In this document: piece by piece, positions 24,676 through 37,850 of the stretch
How positions within the stretch are numbered: position 1 is the first letter of the stretch
Layout of the letters: each line of letters starts with the position of its first letter
NCBI RefSeq assembly: GCF_963921235.1
Contig: NC_086108.1
Location: forward strand, 30,568,001-30,632,000
Origin: Mobula hypostoma
Lineage: Eukaryota
Direction of reading: 5' to 3'
Length of the DNA: 64,000 bases
Program-made: the position numbers and the translations under genes
Notes under the pieces: model-generated
What the model was told of the DNA's origin: nothing
What the model saw: only the letters and a program-made list of their open reading frames with translations
The model's database searches: none

Positions 24676-25124
24676 TACACTGTATCTTGGGAATTTTTCT
24701 AATTCTTTCAAATGTCTCTCTAATGAGCATGTGATTTATTGAACACCACTAATTTCCCTTGAAAATAAGGAAGTTGTTAAGCACTATCCAAATTGGACTT
24801 GTTTATATGCTGGACTAGGTATGGATGGAAGAGACACCAGACACAAGGAGATAGAATCGGGAGAGGCCACTGGCATCCCAAGTCTACCCCATTGTTCAAT
24901 ATGATCATGGCTGCTCTGCTCCGGCCCTCAATTGCTCTTTCGTTCTTCCGAAGGACAATAGTGAATATCTTAGGATTTAAGTGACCTGGTAGAGCCATAG
25001 AAACTGGTATTGAAATGATTTTTTAAAAATCCAATTTTATTTAATTACTTGCATTTAAATTTCCTAGCTTCTTTGATGCAATTCACGTTTCTGGATTAAC
25101 AGTGAAAATGCTACTCTAGTAATA

Positions 25125-25822
25125 TGTAGCCCCCCCCCCCCCCCCCCGTCCACTCTCAGGGTTGCTCGGCTCGCCGTCGTCTAGGGAAACAGGCTCGGCC
25201 CCGCCAAACTGGATAATTCGTTTGTGTGGATGCTGTGTGAGGTACCCCACCCCGCCCAAATAACAGACAATACACCAGATGCAATTAAATGATTTACAGT
25301 TTATAGATATTACTGGAAGTATATAATTAAAAGAGAATAAAATATAAAAGGAAAATAAAAGGCGCCACACTTATCAAAGTTCAATCTCTTCGTGCACAAA
25401 AACCATTGGAGCTCAAGGACCTTCTTCTTGACCCTGCGACCCCCTTGGACCACCTCGACCGGCTGCCTGGGACCAACAATGGTGGTCGATCAGACGCTCC
25501 ACACGAGTCCATCTTCGTCTCCTCGCCGAACGTCCTGCTTGGGGTCCGACCCCATTAGTGGACTCACAGCACCTCGTCCACCCTCTGTCCCGTCTTCTGC
25601 CCCAAAACCCCGCGCATACAGTATCTTCAAATACACCAAAACCATAACAACTATCCCAATTGGTTAATAGCGTATTGCTTATCACCCTCTAAACCACAAC
25701 AAGCTGCTAGCGCAAACTTTCTCAGCGTTTAACACAACAAAGCCGTATTCCCCAGATTAACATAACAAAGACGCCATTTTAATTAGCCTCCGCAGTAACA
25801 TAAAAATCGAAACCCCCTTACA
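25125..25822 (-). mobile_element. Solo LTR, family B (Gypsy-like)
   Basis: TG...CA termini; 4-bp TSD aata (25121-25124 and 25823-25826); reverse-complement homolog of 30586-31282. Confidence 0.85.
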
Positions 25823-26141
25823 AATATAACTACTGGATCAATGCATCCCACAAAACAAATGAACATGGAATCCCTTTCTTTATTCATAGAAGCATGGTGC
25901 ACAATTACAAGCAAATGATGCTAAATCCTTTTAAAACATTAACCATGTTCCTGTTGGAGAACTGTGCTCTCTTTTTGACAGACCATATTACAAAGGAAAA
26001 TGCACCTACTTCAATATCGCAGAAATGTTTATGGCCACCATTGTTGTTTTAAAATATAGTCACTGATGTTATTGTGAGAAGAACACTGTGGCACAAGCAG
26101 ATAATTTATTTTAAGCCTTTTCTTTGAAGAAAGTGGATAAT

Positions 26142-27640
26142 AAGTGGCTGCAGGACCGGATGGTGTCAGTACCAGGGTGCTCAAAGCCTGTGCCCCTCAG
26201 CTATGCGGAGTACTTTGCCATGTATTCAACCTGAGCCTGAGGCTCTGGAGGGTTCCTGTACTGTGGAAGACGTCCTGCCTCGTCCCTGCCGAAGACGCCG
26301 CGCCCCAGCGGCCTCAATGACTACAGACCGGTGGCATTGACCTCCCTCATCATGAAGACCCTGGAGAGACTTGTTCTGGAGCTGCTCCGGCCTATGGTCA
26401 GGCCACACTTAGATCCCCTCCAGTTCACCTACCAGCCCCGACTAGAAGTTGAGGATGCCATCGTCTTCCTGCTGAACCAAGTCTACGCCCACCTGGACAA
26501 GCCAGCGAGCACTGTGAGGGTCATGTTTTTTGACTTCTCCAGTGCGTTCAGCACCATCTGCCCTGCTCTGCTGGGGGAGAAGCTGACAGTGATGCAGGTG
26601 GATGCTTCCCTGGTATCATGGATTCTTGATTACCTGACTGGCAGACCACAGTACGTGTGCTTGCAACACTGTGTGTCCGACAGAGTGATCAGCAGCACTG
26701 GGGCTCCACAGGGGACTGTCTTGTCTCCCTTTCTCTTCACCATTTACACCTCGGACTTCAACTACTGCACAGAGTCTTGTCATTTTCAGAAGTTTTCAGA
26801 TGACTCTGCCATAGTTGGATGCATCAGCAAGGGAGATGAGGCTGAGAACAGGGCTACGGTAGGAAACTTTGTCACATGGTGTGAGCAGAATTATCTGCAG
26901 CTTAATGTGAAAAAGACTAAGGAGCTGATGGTAGACCTGAGGAGAGCCAAGGTACCGGTGACCCCTGTTTCCATCCAGGGGGTCAGTGTGGACATGGTGG
27001 AGGATTACACGTACCTGGGGATATGAGTTGACATAAACTGGACTGGTCAAAGAACACTGACGTTGTCTACAAGAAGGGTCAGAGCCGTCTCTATTTTCTG
27101 AGGAGACTGAGGTCCTTTAACATCTGCCGGACGATGCTGAGGATGTTCTACGAGTCTGTGGTGGCCAGTGCTATCATGTTTGCTGTTGTGTGCTGGGGCA
27201 GCAGGCTGAGGGTGGCAGACACCAACAGAATCAACAAACTCATTCGTAAGGCCAGTGATGTTGTGGGGATGGAACTGGACTCTCTCACGGTGGTGTCTGA
27301 AAAGAGAATGCTGTCTAAGTTGCATGCCATCTTGGTCAATGTCTCCCAACCATTACATAATGTACTGGGTGGGCACAGGAGTACATTCAGCCAGAGACTC
27401 ATTCCACAGAGATGCAACACTGAGCGTCATAGGAAGTCATTCCTGCCTGTGGCCATCAAACTTTACAACTCCTCCCTTGGAGGGTCAGACATCCTGAGCC
27501 AATAGGCTGGTCCTGGATTTATTTCATAATTTACTGGCATAATTTACATATTACTATTTATGGTTCTATTACTATTTATTATTTATGGAGCAACTGTAAT
27601 GAAAACCAATTTCTCCTGGGATTAATAACGTATGACTATA
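26142..27640 (+). mobile_element. Young 5'-truncated Rex1/Babar LINE (RT region)
   Basis: AAGPDGV, ALTSLIMKTLERL, LDPLQFTY, FFDFSSAF, GAPQGTVLSPFLF and QKFSDDSAIVG in ORFs 26331-27026 and 27134-27505, with few lesions. Confidence 0.92.
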
Positions 27641-27655
27641 ATAAATCTCGACTTA

Positions 27656-28180
27656 CAGTAATGTGCAAAAGTCATAGGCATATTACTAGGGTGCCTAAGA
27701 CTTTTGCGCAGTACTGTATTTGTCAACATGGAGCTGAGTGCGAGCTTGTAAACCTGGTGTGAGCAAATGACATTGGGGATGGTGAAGGTGGGGTGGTGTG
27801 GGCAAGCTGTGTAACGGGTGGCAGAGAAGGAGTGCCAGGGGCAGGGGGTGGAGCGGGTACAGAAACATCTAGCCCTGAGACACCAGGCAATGTCATTTGA
27901 TTCTCAGCAATTGTTTTATTGATCTCTGGTGCTTCCTGCTCCCTCCTCTCTCCCTTCCCCTTTTCCTAACCATTATACCCCTCCCCTTGCCCCCTTCCCA
28001 CTCTCAGTTCACAATAGACCCATATCAGAATCAGGTTTATCATCACTCACATATGTCATGAGATTTGTTTTTTTTGTTTGCGGCAGCAGTACAGTACAAC
28101 ACATAAAATTACTACAGTACTGTGCAAAAGCTTGGGTACCCTAGTGAGATATATGTGTCTGAGACTTTTGCACAATACTG
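27656..28180. mobile_element. Tc1-type MITE pair or composite element with hairpin termini
   Basis: cagta(a/c)tgtgcaaaag...cttttgc(g/a)ca(g/a)tactg occurs as two short palindromes, 27656-27716 (TA on both sides) and 28115-28180. Confidence 0.6.
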
Positions 28181-28879
28181 CAGACAGTCTGCTTATTCAG
28201 AACATTATGCTGTGGGTATTTCTAAAAAAGAAAAGTAATGTTTCAGTTTCACAAATTCATTGAGAAAAAAGACAGCACCCTCTCAGTAGAGCTCTGAATG
28301 GTCACATTTCTGCATTCATGTCTGGAGCCTGCAAATGTCAGGAATTGGAATTTGGTGATAGTTTATTATTGTCCCATGCCCAATGAAACACTTACATTGC
28401 AAATCATTGAGAAAGTAAAGCAATAACAATGCAGAATAAAGTATAACAGCTTCAGAGAAGGTACAGTGGAAGTAAACAAATGCAAGATCATAATGAAATA
28501 CTCAGTGAAGTCAAGAGACCTTCTTATTATACTGTGCAACCATTTAATAGTATTGCTTTTTTAGAAACAAAGCATTCTCACAACTAAATCATGGCTGCTA
28601 GGTCAGTGCTGAAGCAGGGATGATTCATTTCAGTCCAGTGATGACCATGAAAAAAGGGGGATTTTTCTCTGCGGCAAAGAGGGCCTTTAGGATCATAAAT
28701 AAATAAGGAGGAATTCTTTCCAGTGGCAGAAGAGCTTCAAGCAAAGGATACAGACTTGAGATGATTTTCAAAAGGACCAGTTGTTAGCACAAAGGTTATT
28801 GCACCATATTAAGCAGCATGATGAACTCTCCCAAAATAATGTTCAGCTGAGTGCAGTTGAAAACTTAGTAAGGATGAAC

Positions 28880-29165
28880 ATCTAACAGAGGGCGCAGTTT
28901 TAAGGTGCTTGGAAGTAGGTACAGAGGCCATGCCAGGGGCAAGTTTTTTACGCAGAGAGTGGTGAGTGTGTGGAATGGGCTGCTGGCGACAGTGGTGGAA
29001 GCAGATATAATAGGGTTTTTCAAGAGATTCCTGGATAGGTACATTGAGCTTAGTAAAATAGAGGGCTATCAGTAACCCTAGATAATTTATGAAGTACGTA
29101 CATGTTCGGCACAGCATTGTGGGCTGAAGGGCCTGTATTGTGCTGTAGATTTTCTGTATTTCTAT
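28880..29165 (+). mobile_element. CR1 3' end
   Basis: cagagagtggtgagtgtgtggaatgggctg...gggctgaagggcctgtattgtgctgtag; reverse-complement homolog of 57480-57780. Confidence 0.8.
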
Positions 29166-30585
29166 CTTTATCTCTCCCTGAAATTCCACCGTGCAGTTTA
29201 GGCCGAGGCCCAAACAACCCTCTCTTCAGCGTACTTTGAAAGATTCATAGTATTTGTAGGTATAAAGCAAGGGTCTGCTCCTTACTTCCTCATCGTCATC
29301 ACTACAGACAGATTAACTGGTGAGGAGCGTGCTGCTCTTGTGGAGGTCTGTTGGGCACAAATTGATGTCTCTATTTCCAGCATCACAAGTCCACCTACAC
29401 TTTGATAATACTTGATTACCTATTCACCCCTTTAAAACAACAGCCGCCCCTGATCATGGAGATGAAAGTATGAGTTTGACTACAGGGTGAGTAGTGCAAA
29501 ATAGGTACCACAGCTCACCAAAATCCTTGGGGAATTAAGTGTGGTAGTTAGTTCTGCCCTTTCCAGTGACACCCAAATCCTGAAAAATGAATAAGTAACA
29601 ACAATAACAAACGGAAAACATCAGAATTATAGTATTGATATCCTGACATGTTATTTAATTTTCAGCACCATGGTATCATATTTTCCTCTCTTGGTTAACC
29701 ACATGAAACCTTTGACTGCAATGTTTTCAGTGACTGCTCTGGGAACTGGGAAAGTTGTTGACACTGTTTTACTTTCTTCCGCTGTGGAAGAGGCAGGTGC
29801 CTTGCGTTGTAAGTGTTTGCATTTTTTGAATTGCACCATTCCCAAAGGAGACACCCCAGAAAAGGGCTGGGTGGAACTCTGGGCTGTAGAAAATCTGCCA
29901 CCTTGTGGCTGCAAAGAGATTGCCCCTTAACCTCTTGGATGCCAAAAGCAGTGCTTTTGAAAAAAACATTTTTTTGGCATGGTCAAACTTCGCAGTCGTG
30001 ATGCAGAGGAAAAACGGGGTGCGATAATCGGAGAAGCTTTAATATCTACCAGAGTTAAAATATCTGTAAATTAAAGCTGGAGGTGTTAGTGTAGTTATAT
30101 GGCTAGGCATGACAAGTTCAGCATGCTGTAGAAAACATAAAATCAATGTTAAGGAAAATATGATTTATTTTAAAAGGAATAATGCAGCTATATTAGTAAA
30201 GAATGCAGTACACTGTCCGTAGGTAGTAAGCCTGCATGCTGATACTTACAACTTATGATCCTCTGGGTGTTCTGAAATGAATTAAAATGAACACAGAATA
30301 TTAAAGATGGATTACAAGGAAGAAGAAAACAAAAAGTATTTTTCAGACAATGTTTTTGTTGAGACTCTTTGTGATTCCTTGAGGTGGCAAGTCACAAATT
30401 AACCATGCAGATTCAATCCTCACAGGATAGCATGCTAAAGCCAACTGGTCAGTAGATGAAGCACAAGATATTGCAGTCTGAAAGTTTGAGAACTGTTGAA
30501 TATTGATTGCATCCCCTTATATGACTGGTTCCCCCCAGTTGCCCAAAGCCTGGAAGAAGAGCCCAGCATTGAAATGTCTTACTGG

Positions 30586-31282
30586 TGTAAGGGAGTTTCG
30601 TCTTTTATGTTACTGTGTAGGCTAATTAAAATGGCTTCTTTGTTATGTTATATTTGGGAATGCTTCTTTGTTATGTTAAACGCTGAGAAAGTTCTTACGC
30701 TGGCAGTTTGTTTTGGATTATCTACTGATAAGAGGACAAATGATCCAATTGGGTTAGTTGTTATGCCTGTGGGGTGTCTGTAAGAGATTGTGTGCGCGGG
30801 GTTTTGGAGGCAGAAGGTGGGAGAGAGAGACAGAGGATGGAGGTGCTGTGAGTCCGCTAACGGGGTCCGACCCTGAGGAGAGCATTCAGCGAGGAGAGGA
30901 GACAGAGATGGACTCGTGTGGAGCGTCTGGTCGACGACCGTTGTTAGTCCCAGGCGGCCGGTCGAGGTGGTCCGAGGGGTCTCAGGGTGAAGAAGAAGGG
31001 TCCTGAGCTCCAACTGTTAGTGCACGAAGAGATTCAACTTTGATAAGTGTGGCGCCTTTTATTTTCCTTTTATATTTTATTCTCTATTAATTATATAGTT
31101 CCAGTAATATCTATAAACTGCAAATCATTTAATCGTATCTGGTGTATTGTCTGTTATTTGGGCGAGGTGCGGCACATCACACTGCATCCACACAAACTAA
31201 TTACCCAGTTTGCCGGGGCCGAGAGCTGTTTCCCTAGACGACAGTGAGCCGAACGACCCTGAGGGTGGCCAGGGGGGCTACA
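30586..31282 (+). mobile_element. Solo LTR, family B (Gypsy-like)
   Basis: TGTAAG...GCTACA; 4-bp TSD ctgg/ccgg (one CpG-type mismatch). Confidence 0.85.
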
Positions 31283-31699
31283 CCGGTATTTATCCCACCT
31301 GCAGCACTACTGAAAATCTGCCTATTCTCTTTATGATGTTTGTGGGACCATTCAGGTTTCAAATTAGCTGCGGTGCTCCTTATATTACAAACACACTAGA
31401 TGGATTTCCAAAGGCTCAAAATTCATTGTTTCCTATAAAAATTGTGGGTTTCATTTAAATTTCATAAGTGCAGTTGTGTTGCTGGCAAGAAGATGGGGCA
31501 AAGGTGAGCCAAAGCTGACTTAAGGCATGCAGAGTAGGTGGACATTTTAGTATTCAACATATGAGCTGCTCTGATAGTGGCACTGTCATTTTAGAACATA
31601 ACGGTCCTGCCAATATTTTACATTCAATAGCAGGAAGACCAGCACAGCAGCATAATTTAAAGACATCATCAACAACCTTTATATTAGCTTAAAAACAAA

Positions 31700-32490
31700 A
31701 ACATGAGGAAATCTGCAGATGCTGGAATTTCAAGCAACACACATAAAAGTTGCTGGTGAACGCAGCAGGCCAGGCAGCATCTCTAGGAAGAGGTACAGTT
31801 GACGTTTCAGGCCGAGACCCTTCGTCAGGACTAACTGAAAGAAGAGATAGTAAAAGATTTGAAAGTGGGGGGGGGAAGGGGAGTTCCAAAATGATAGGGA
31901 AGACAGGAGGGGGAGGGATGGAGCCAAGAGCTGAACAGGTGATTAGCAAAAGGGATATGAGAGGATCATTGGAGAAAGAAAGGGGGAGGGGTGAAGCTCA
32001 GCGGATGGGCAAGAAGTATAGTGAGAGGGACAGAGGGAGATAAAGGAAAGAGAGAAAAAGAATATATATATCATAAATAAATAACGGATGGGGGAGGAGG
32101 GGCATTATCAGAAGTTAGAGAAGTCAATGTTCATGCCATCAGGTTGGAGGCTACCCAGACAGAATATAAGGTGTTGTTCCTCCAACCTGAGTGTGGCTTC
32201 ACCTTTACAGTAGAGGAGGCCGTGGATAGACTTGTCAGAATGGGAATGGGACGTGGAATTAAAATGTGTGGCCACTGGGAGATCCTGCTTTCTCTGGCGG
32301 ACAGAGTGTAGGTGTTCAGCGAAATGGTCTCCCAGTCTGAGCTGGGTCTTGCCAATGTATAGAAGGCCATATCAGGAGCACTGGACACGATATATCACCC
32401 CGGCTGACTCACAGCCTCCTCTACTGTTCTCTAACTTCTGTTAATGCCCCACCTCCCCTTTGTACCCCATCCGTTATTTATTATTTATTT
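31700..32490 (-). mobile_element. 5'-truncated PLE: GIY-YIG C-terminus, tail and short inverted segment
   Basis: 32105-32412 is highly similar to 59507-59814; 32424-32490 is an inverted copy of about 32070-32120. Confidence 0.88.
31796..31833 (-). ncRNA. Minimal hammerhead ribozyme motif (intact core, one stem I mismatch)
   Basis: Minus strand reads tagtc-CTGACGA-agggtctcggcct-GAAA-C-GTC-aactg. Confidence 0.65.
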
Positions 32491-33522
32491 ATTATTCTGG
32501 GCACACTGCGCTGGCACTGGAATGTGTGGTGACACTTATAGGCTGCCCCAGCATATCCTTGGGTCGATTGTTCATTAATGCAAATGATGCATCTCACTGT
32601 ACGCTTCGATGATATGTGATGGATAAATGAATCTGAGAATCTGGGCATTTGTGTCAGTTAAACATCAGAGAAATCTACAGGTAGGTACATGAAGAATAAT
32701 GAAATATGTGATGAGAGGTATATTAAACAGGATGACAGTGGCAAGGAAAGTTTGTTAAAATAGTTTAATACTGAGTAAGATTATGCTTGAAAATTCATTC
32801 CAGTTTTAATGAAAATTAAAAGTCTGAGTAAGTTGCAGCTAATGACTAAAAATGTGATCAATAAGTACAATTACCATCCTGATTGCAAGCTGCAGATAAA
32901 AATGTTCAAGTTTTTCTATTCGTGACCAAAACTAATATCTTCAGTGCAGATAAATGAATGTTTGTAGTATATCAAATGTAAAAATGAATTATGATTCTGT
33001 GCTAATCTTGATGAAGTTTCAATTCACATGAAATATATAACACAGATCTCAGGTAGTAACTTAACAAACATTTCTGTTTTACACATAGTTGGTTTCAGTA
33101 ATGGTTTCATCTCAATTCACTGTCCCTTTACTGGGCCTTTTATCTCCCGGTGTAAATTCCCTTGTGTGTGATGATAGCCTTTATATGGATTGGCCCGTGA
33201 GTATAGCCAATGCTCTTAGCTCTAAAATAAAAACTAAGGTGACAAGCTTTAAATGAAGAAGTGTCTGCAGTGTTTTCACAAACCTTGCTGTTCATTGGCA
33301 GGAATTGCTGGCAATTTCTTGAATTATGTTTCTGGTTGTAGTGGGTTTACTTGGGGGACCAACAAATTGATGGTTCCCCTTTGTGGGAAGAAATCAAGTA
33401 ATAGATGGCATTTGGGGATTCTACAGCACTGAGTCAATATTTATAAAACCACAACAATGTTGTACAATATGAACAGCAGCCTGTTAGAATTAAAAATGGA
33501 TTAACAAAGTGATTTAGCAATA

Positions 33523-33676
33523 CAGGTTGACCTTCACTAATTCGACTACCCGTAATCTGGTTCCTTCGATAGTCTGGCACTGATTATGCATAATGTGATC
33601 CTTCTGTAATCTGGCATTTTCACTAATCCAGCATTCCTCAGGTCCCAATGGTGCCAGATTAGTGAAGGTCGACCTG
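33523..33676. mobile_element. 154-bp Tc1/mariner-pogo (Tigger-like) MITE
   Basis: Inverted termini caggttgaccttcactaat / attagtgaaggtcgacctg with TA on both sides. Confidence 0.8.
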
Positions 33677-33859
33677 TATTTGTTGGATTGCATTATATTT
33701 CATCCTATGACTTCAAGTGACATCCATTCTTCTTGGTGTCTTTACTTTGACTGTTTTCGTCTATGTGCTGAATCCAACAGCCCCTCCCTGAGATTTTTAT
33801 CAGTCTTCCTCTTATTTCCCCTTTCTGTCCTTTCTGAGCTTATTTTGTCCATAGGACCT

Positions 33860-35300
33860 GCTCACGACCAATTTCACTAAATTGCTGACCAGCCAACTCT
33901 CAAGCATTCCCCCCACCCACACCGACCACTTGGGTATAATTCTCACCCTTATCTCAAATTCTTTAATATTTGCTGCCATCAGACCTTTTCCAAGTTTTGG
34001 GCGCTCACTGCATCAACCTCTCTATCCTCACTAAATTTCTTACAGTCTCTCAAACACTACCCACTCACACTTCTCCCCCACTGTCAAACAGGGTGAGGCT
34101 GCATTTTCCTGGTTTCTTATCCATTCTATTGCAGTTGGAACGATACAGATAATGTCTTCGCTTGCAATTGCATCACTCCCTCTGGTGGTCTACTTTCATT
34201 TTTCAGTCACGCAGGGCTAGACAAGAAAATCTTAGTTCAGTTTCCACATCAATGGTACCTGGATTTAGCTCACCAGTTCTTTCTTGATCCATTGACGTGT
34301 GATAAATTGTCTAACTGTTAGTCTGGAACCCAATACTGGATAACCAGAAAGTTTTCTCTGACTAAATACTATTGCACATTTCAAAACATAGAGTTTATTT
34401 AACCTTTCCAGACAATGCTAGCTCTCAGAACTATCCCATTCCCCATTTATTTCTCTAAAATTTATTCCCACTCGCATACTCATCTGCTCCTTCTCTCGCT
34501 CATACGAGAGGCAATTTATACTGGCAATTAACTGATTAATCTGCATGCCTTTGGGGTGTGGAAGGAGACTGAATCACTTCTAAGAAACCCAAATGGTCAC
34601 AGGAAAAATGTGAAAAATGTGTGAACTTTGTACAGAGAGCACCAGTGGTTAGGATCAAAGCTGATCTGTTGGAACTGCATTGCAGCATCTCTAAAGGCCG
34701 TGCTATCAAGCCAGCCACTAGAAAGACCCATGCTATTGTCATCTGCTTCAGCACAAATTTTTCTCTTTAGTTAATAATTCCATCCTTCACCAAAACCATC
34801 TGAACTCACCTGGATGTCACGTTTGATCCTGACTTGCGCATTGGACCACACGTCACCTAGACTACCTACTTTCACCACTTGTGGTTTTGCCTGAATCTAT
34901 GCCTGCTTCAGCTCAGCTAAGACCTTCATCCACGACTGTGTACCCTTGAATGTTTAAAACACTCCTGTCCCAGGTCCCTCCTTCCCCACAATTCTTGGGC
35001 AACTGAAATTTGTTGTCTGTGCTCCCTCTTCATCCTTGCCTTTTCCATTCTCCATTCACAGAGTTTCAGCCATCTACATCACTATAATCTCCTCCACCTC
35101 TCCTTGCTCATCTAATTCTGGTCACCTGCTAATGCATGAATTCATTTGCTCCATCACCAGCAGTTATGGTTTGAACTTCTTTGGCTCTCAGCTGTTGAAT
35201 TCCCTCTCTAAACCTAGCCAACTCTCTAGCTCTCTTTCTTCTGTTAGAACACTCATTAAATCCCACCTTTCATAACCAAGATTTTGATCACCCAACCTTA
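33860..35300 (+). mobile_element. Ancient L2-like LINE remnant, interrupted by a SINE
   Basis: Pyrimidine-rich; remnants gtcacgtttgatcctgac, acctactttcac and accttcatccacgac resemble L2 ORF2 (FDP, AYFHL, TLIHAF). Confidence 0.45.
34500..34715 (-). mobile_element. tRNA-derived V-SINE (HE1-like)
   Basis: Reverse-complement similarity to 37560-37850. Confidence 0.55.
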
Positions 35301-35584
35301 TGGGTCTGTACCTTTGTGACATCGAAGTTCTAGAGGAGGTATGACTTGATAGCTGTTGAGAATGAGTAGGGAATTGAGGGTTATGGAGGGATATAGCACA
35401 GAAGGGGAGTTGAGGCTACTGTAGATTAGTCATCTTCACATTGAATGACAGGGCAGACTTGAAGAGCCGAGATGACTGTTCCTGCCTCCTATTCTTTTGT
35501 GTAGTTGTAATGATATACACAATAACCAACAGAGTCTTTTTAATCCATGTGTAAAATTTAGAACTTTCTTCTGCAAAGGGAAAT

Positions 35585-36520
35585 GACCACAGGACCATAA
35601 GACATAGGACCACAATCAGGTCATTCGGCTCATTGGGTCTGCTCTGCCATTCCATCATGGCTGATTTATTATCCCTCTCAACCCCACTCTTCGGCCTTCT
35701 CTCTGTGACAGTTGATGCCTTTCTAATCAAGAACCTATAAACCTCCACTATAAATATACCCAATGACATGGCCTCTGCAGCCTTCTGTGGCAATGAATTC
35801 TAGAGATTCATCACCCTCTGGCTAAATAACTTCCTCTTCATCTCTTTTCTAAAAGGACTTAATTGAATTCTGAGACCGTTCCCTCAGGTCCTAGACTGTC
35901 CCACTATAGGGAACATCCTCTCCACACCCATTCTATCTAGGCCTGTCAGTATTTCAAAGGTTTCAAAGGTACATTTAATGTCAGAGAAATGAATACAATA
36001 TACCTCCTGAAATGCTTTTTCTTTGTAACCATCCACAAAAACAGAGAAGTGCCCCAAATAGTAAATGGCAGTTAATTGTTAGAACTGCAAAGCACCGCCC
36101 CCCCCACCACCACCAAAGCTCCCCTCCCTCCTGCGCATGAGCGGCAGCAAGCAACAATCCCTCCTTTCCCCCACCGGCAAAAAAAAAAGCATCGGCACCC
36201 ACCACCGAGCACTCAAGCGTGCAGCAAAAGCAACAGCAGAGACACAGACTTGCAGTACTCCATTCACCCGGTATTCAACATACCACAGGTTCTCTCTCTC
36301 GCTAATAAGGGAGAAAGACATGTCTCCGTTTCACAGTGAGAGGGGAGACATTCAAACAGCTGGCTGGTTTACGATACTCAATAGGTTTCAATAATTTCTC
36401 CCGCTTATTTTTATAAGCTCCAGCGAGTACAGGCCCAGAGCCATGAAATACTCCCCATACATTAACCTTTTCATTCCCGGGATCATTCTCATGAACCTCC
36501 TCTGGACCCTCTCAATTGAT
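35585..36520 (-). mobile_element. CR1 3' fragment with a nested ~420-bp insertion (about 35955-36375)
   Basis: IERVQRRFMRMIPGMKRL remnant; accataagacata tail; CR1 sequence resumes at 36375. Confidence 0.75.
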
Positions 36521-37559
36521 GCTAGATCTGTTATTAATTTCAAATATGACATTAAGAGAATTTCAGTCACCAGAAGCAAACAGTGAATGGGGAAAGATGG
36601 GGGCATGGATTGGTGTTAGATGTGACTTCATTGAATAGCCGAACCACCTGGGCATTAGTTCTGCATTAGGAGCAATGCCCACTTCCAATTAAAATTATAA
36701 GCCATCTATTGGTCAAGCACTGTTTACAGAATTGTGTGACGGTTTGATAGTCAGCATTCCTTTTCATGATCAGTAACACTGAAAATAAGGGCTGCTTGCA
36801 ATGCTCACTTACTTGTGGAATCTTATTGTCAGTAATAAAAGCAGGAGCCTGCTCCGCCATCATTAAGATCATGGCTCACGTCACACCACCATTTCCCCAT
36901 CTCCCCTGAAGCTCGGAAGTCTCTTGATCTCTGTTCTAAAAGATTACAATGACTGAACTACAACACTTCGTGTGAGTGACGTTCACTGCCAAGATCTCAG
37001 AAGGTAAGCAGGATCAGTTAATAAATTCTGGTTTTCCAGAAATATCTATGTTTATAGAAACAATATATAAAAAACTCAGCCTACTGGATCCTTGTAACAA
37101 AGCACAGGTTCCTTTCCCTAATACCACCATAGTTATTCATCTACAAATGCTTCTTCACCAGAGATCAGCTAACTCATCACAGAAGGTGTGCATCAAACCT
37201 GGGACTTTCCAACATTGTCTAGTTTAGAATCATACCACACTGTATACTAATCCATTGGGACTGTCCCCCAGTTGGGTTTCACTCTAGACATATTAAAATA
37301 ATTCAAGCAACACAAACACAAAACAATAGGAATGAAATGACCAAGAAAGAAAAAAAGCACATCTAGAAATTCTCTGAACTGTGGCAAGGTTCAACTCACA
37401 GGAATATCATAATCAATTATTTTTCCTGTGTAATACTGAAGGCACAATTCTGAAGTGGGCCTGCGAGCAAAGGTTTTGTAGAACGAGGGAAGAACCATGC
37501 AGACAGATCTTTGAAGGAGCTAAGATAGGCAAGAATGTAGTTTAAGAAAGTGGGATCTA

Positions 37560-37850
37560 AGGCACCATGTTAGCATTGCAGTCAGGGCGATGCTATGACA
37601 GCTCAGGGCATCTCAGAGTTCAGAGTTCAATTCTGGCACTGCTCTTTAAGGAGTCTCTGTACATCTTCCCTGTATAATGCATGGGTTTTCTCTGGGGTCC
37701 TCTGGTTTCATCCCACAGTGCAAACATGTACCGGGTAAGTATTGGTCATTCGGAATTGTCCCATGATTAGGTTAAGGTTAATCGGGGTTGTGACTTTGCT
37801 GAGCTGGTGTGGTTTGAAGGGCCAGAAGAGCATACTTTGCACTGTATCAC
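37560..37850 (+). mobile_element. tRNA-derived V-SINE (HE1-like)
   Basis: tRNA-like head with gagttcaattc B box, V-domain-like tgcatgggttttctctggg...ctggtttcatcccacagt, and CR1-like tail gaagggcc. Confidence 0.7.

Noticed and set aside
29220..31440. Possible Deu-domain SINE remnants near 29350-29420 and 31340-31440
   Set aside because: Similarity is too faint to support by eye; needs a Dfam nhmmer search.
37560..37650. tRNA gene
   Set aside because: tRNA-like head of a SINE; no cloverleaf, and it continues into the V-domain.
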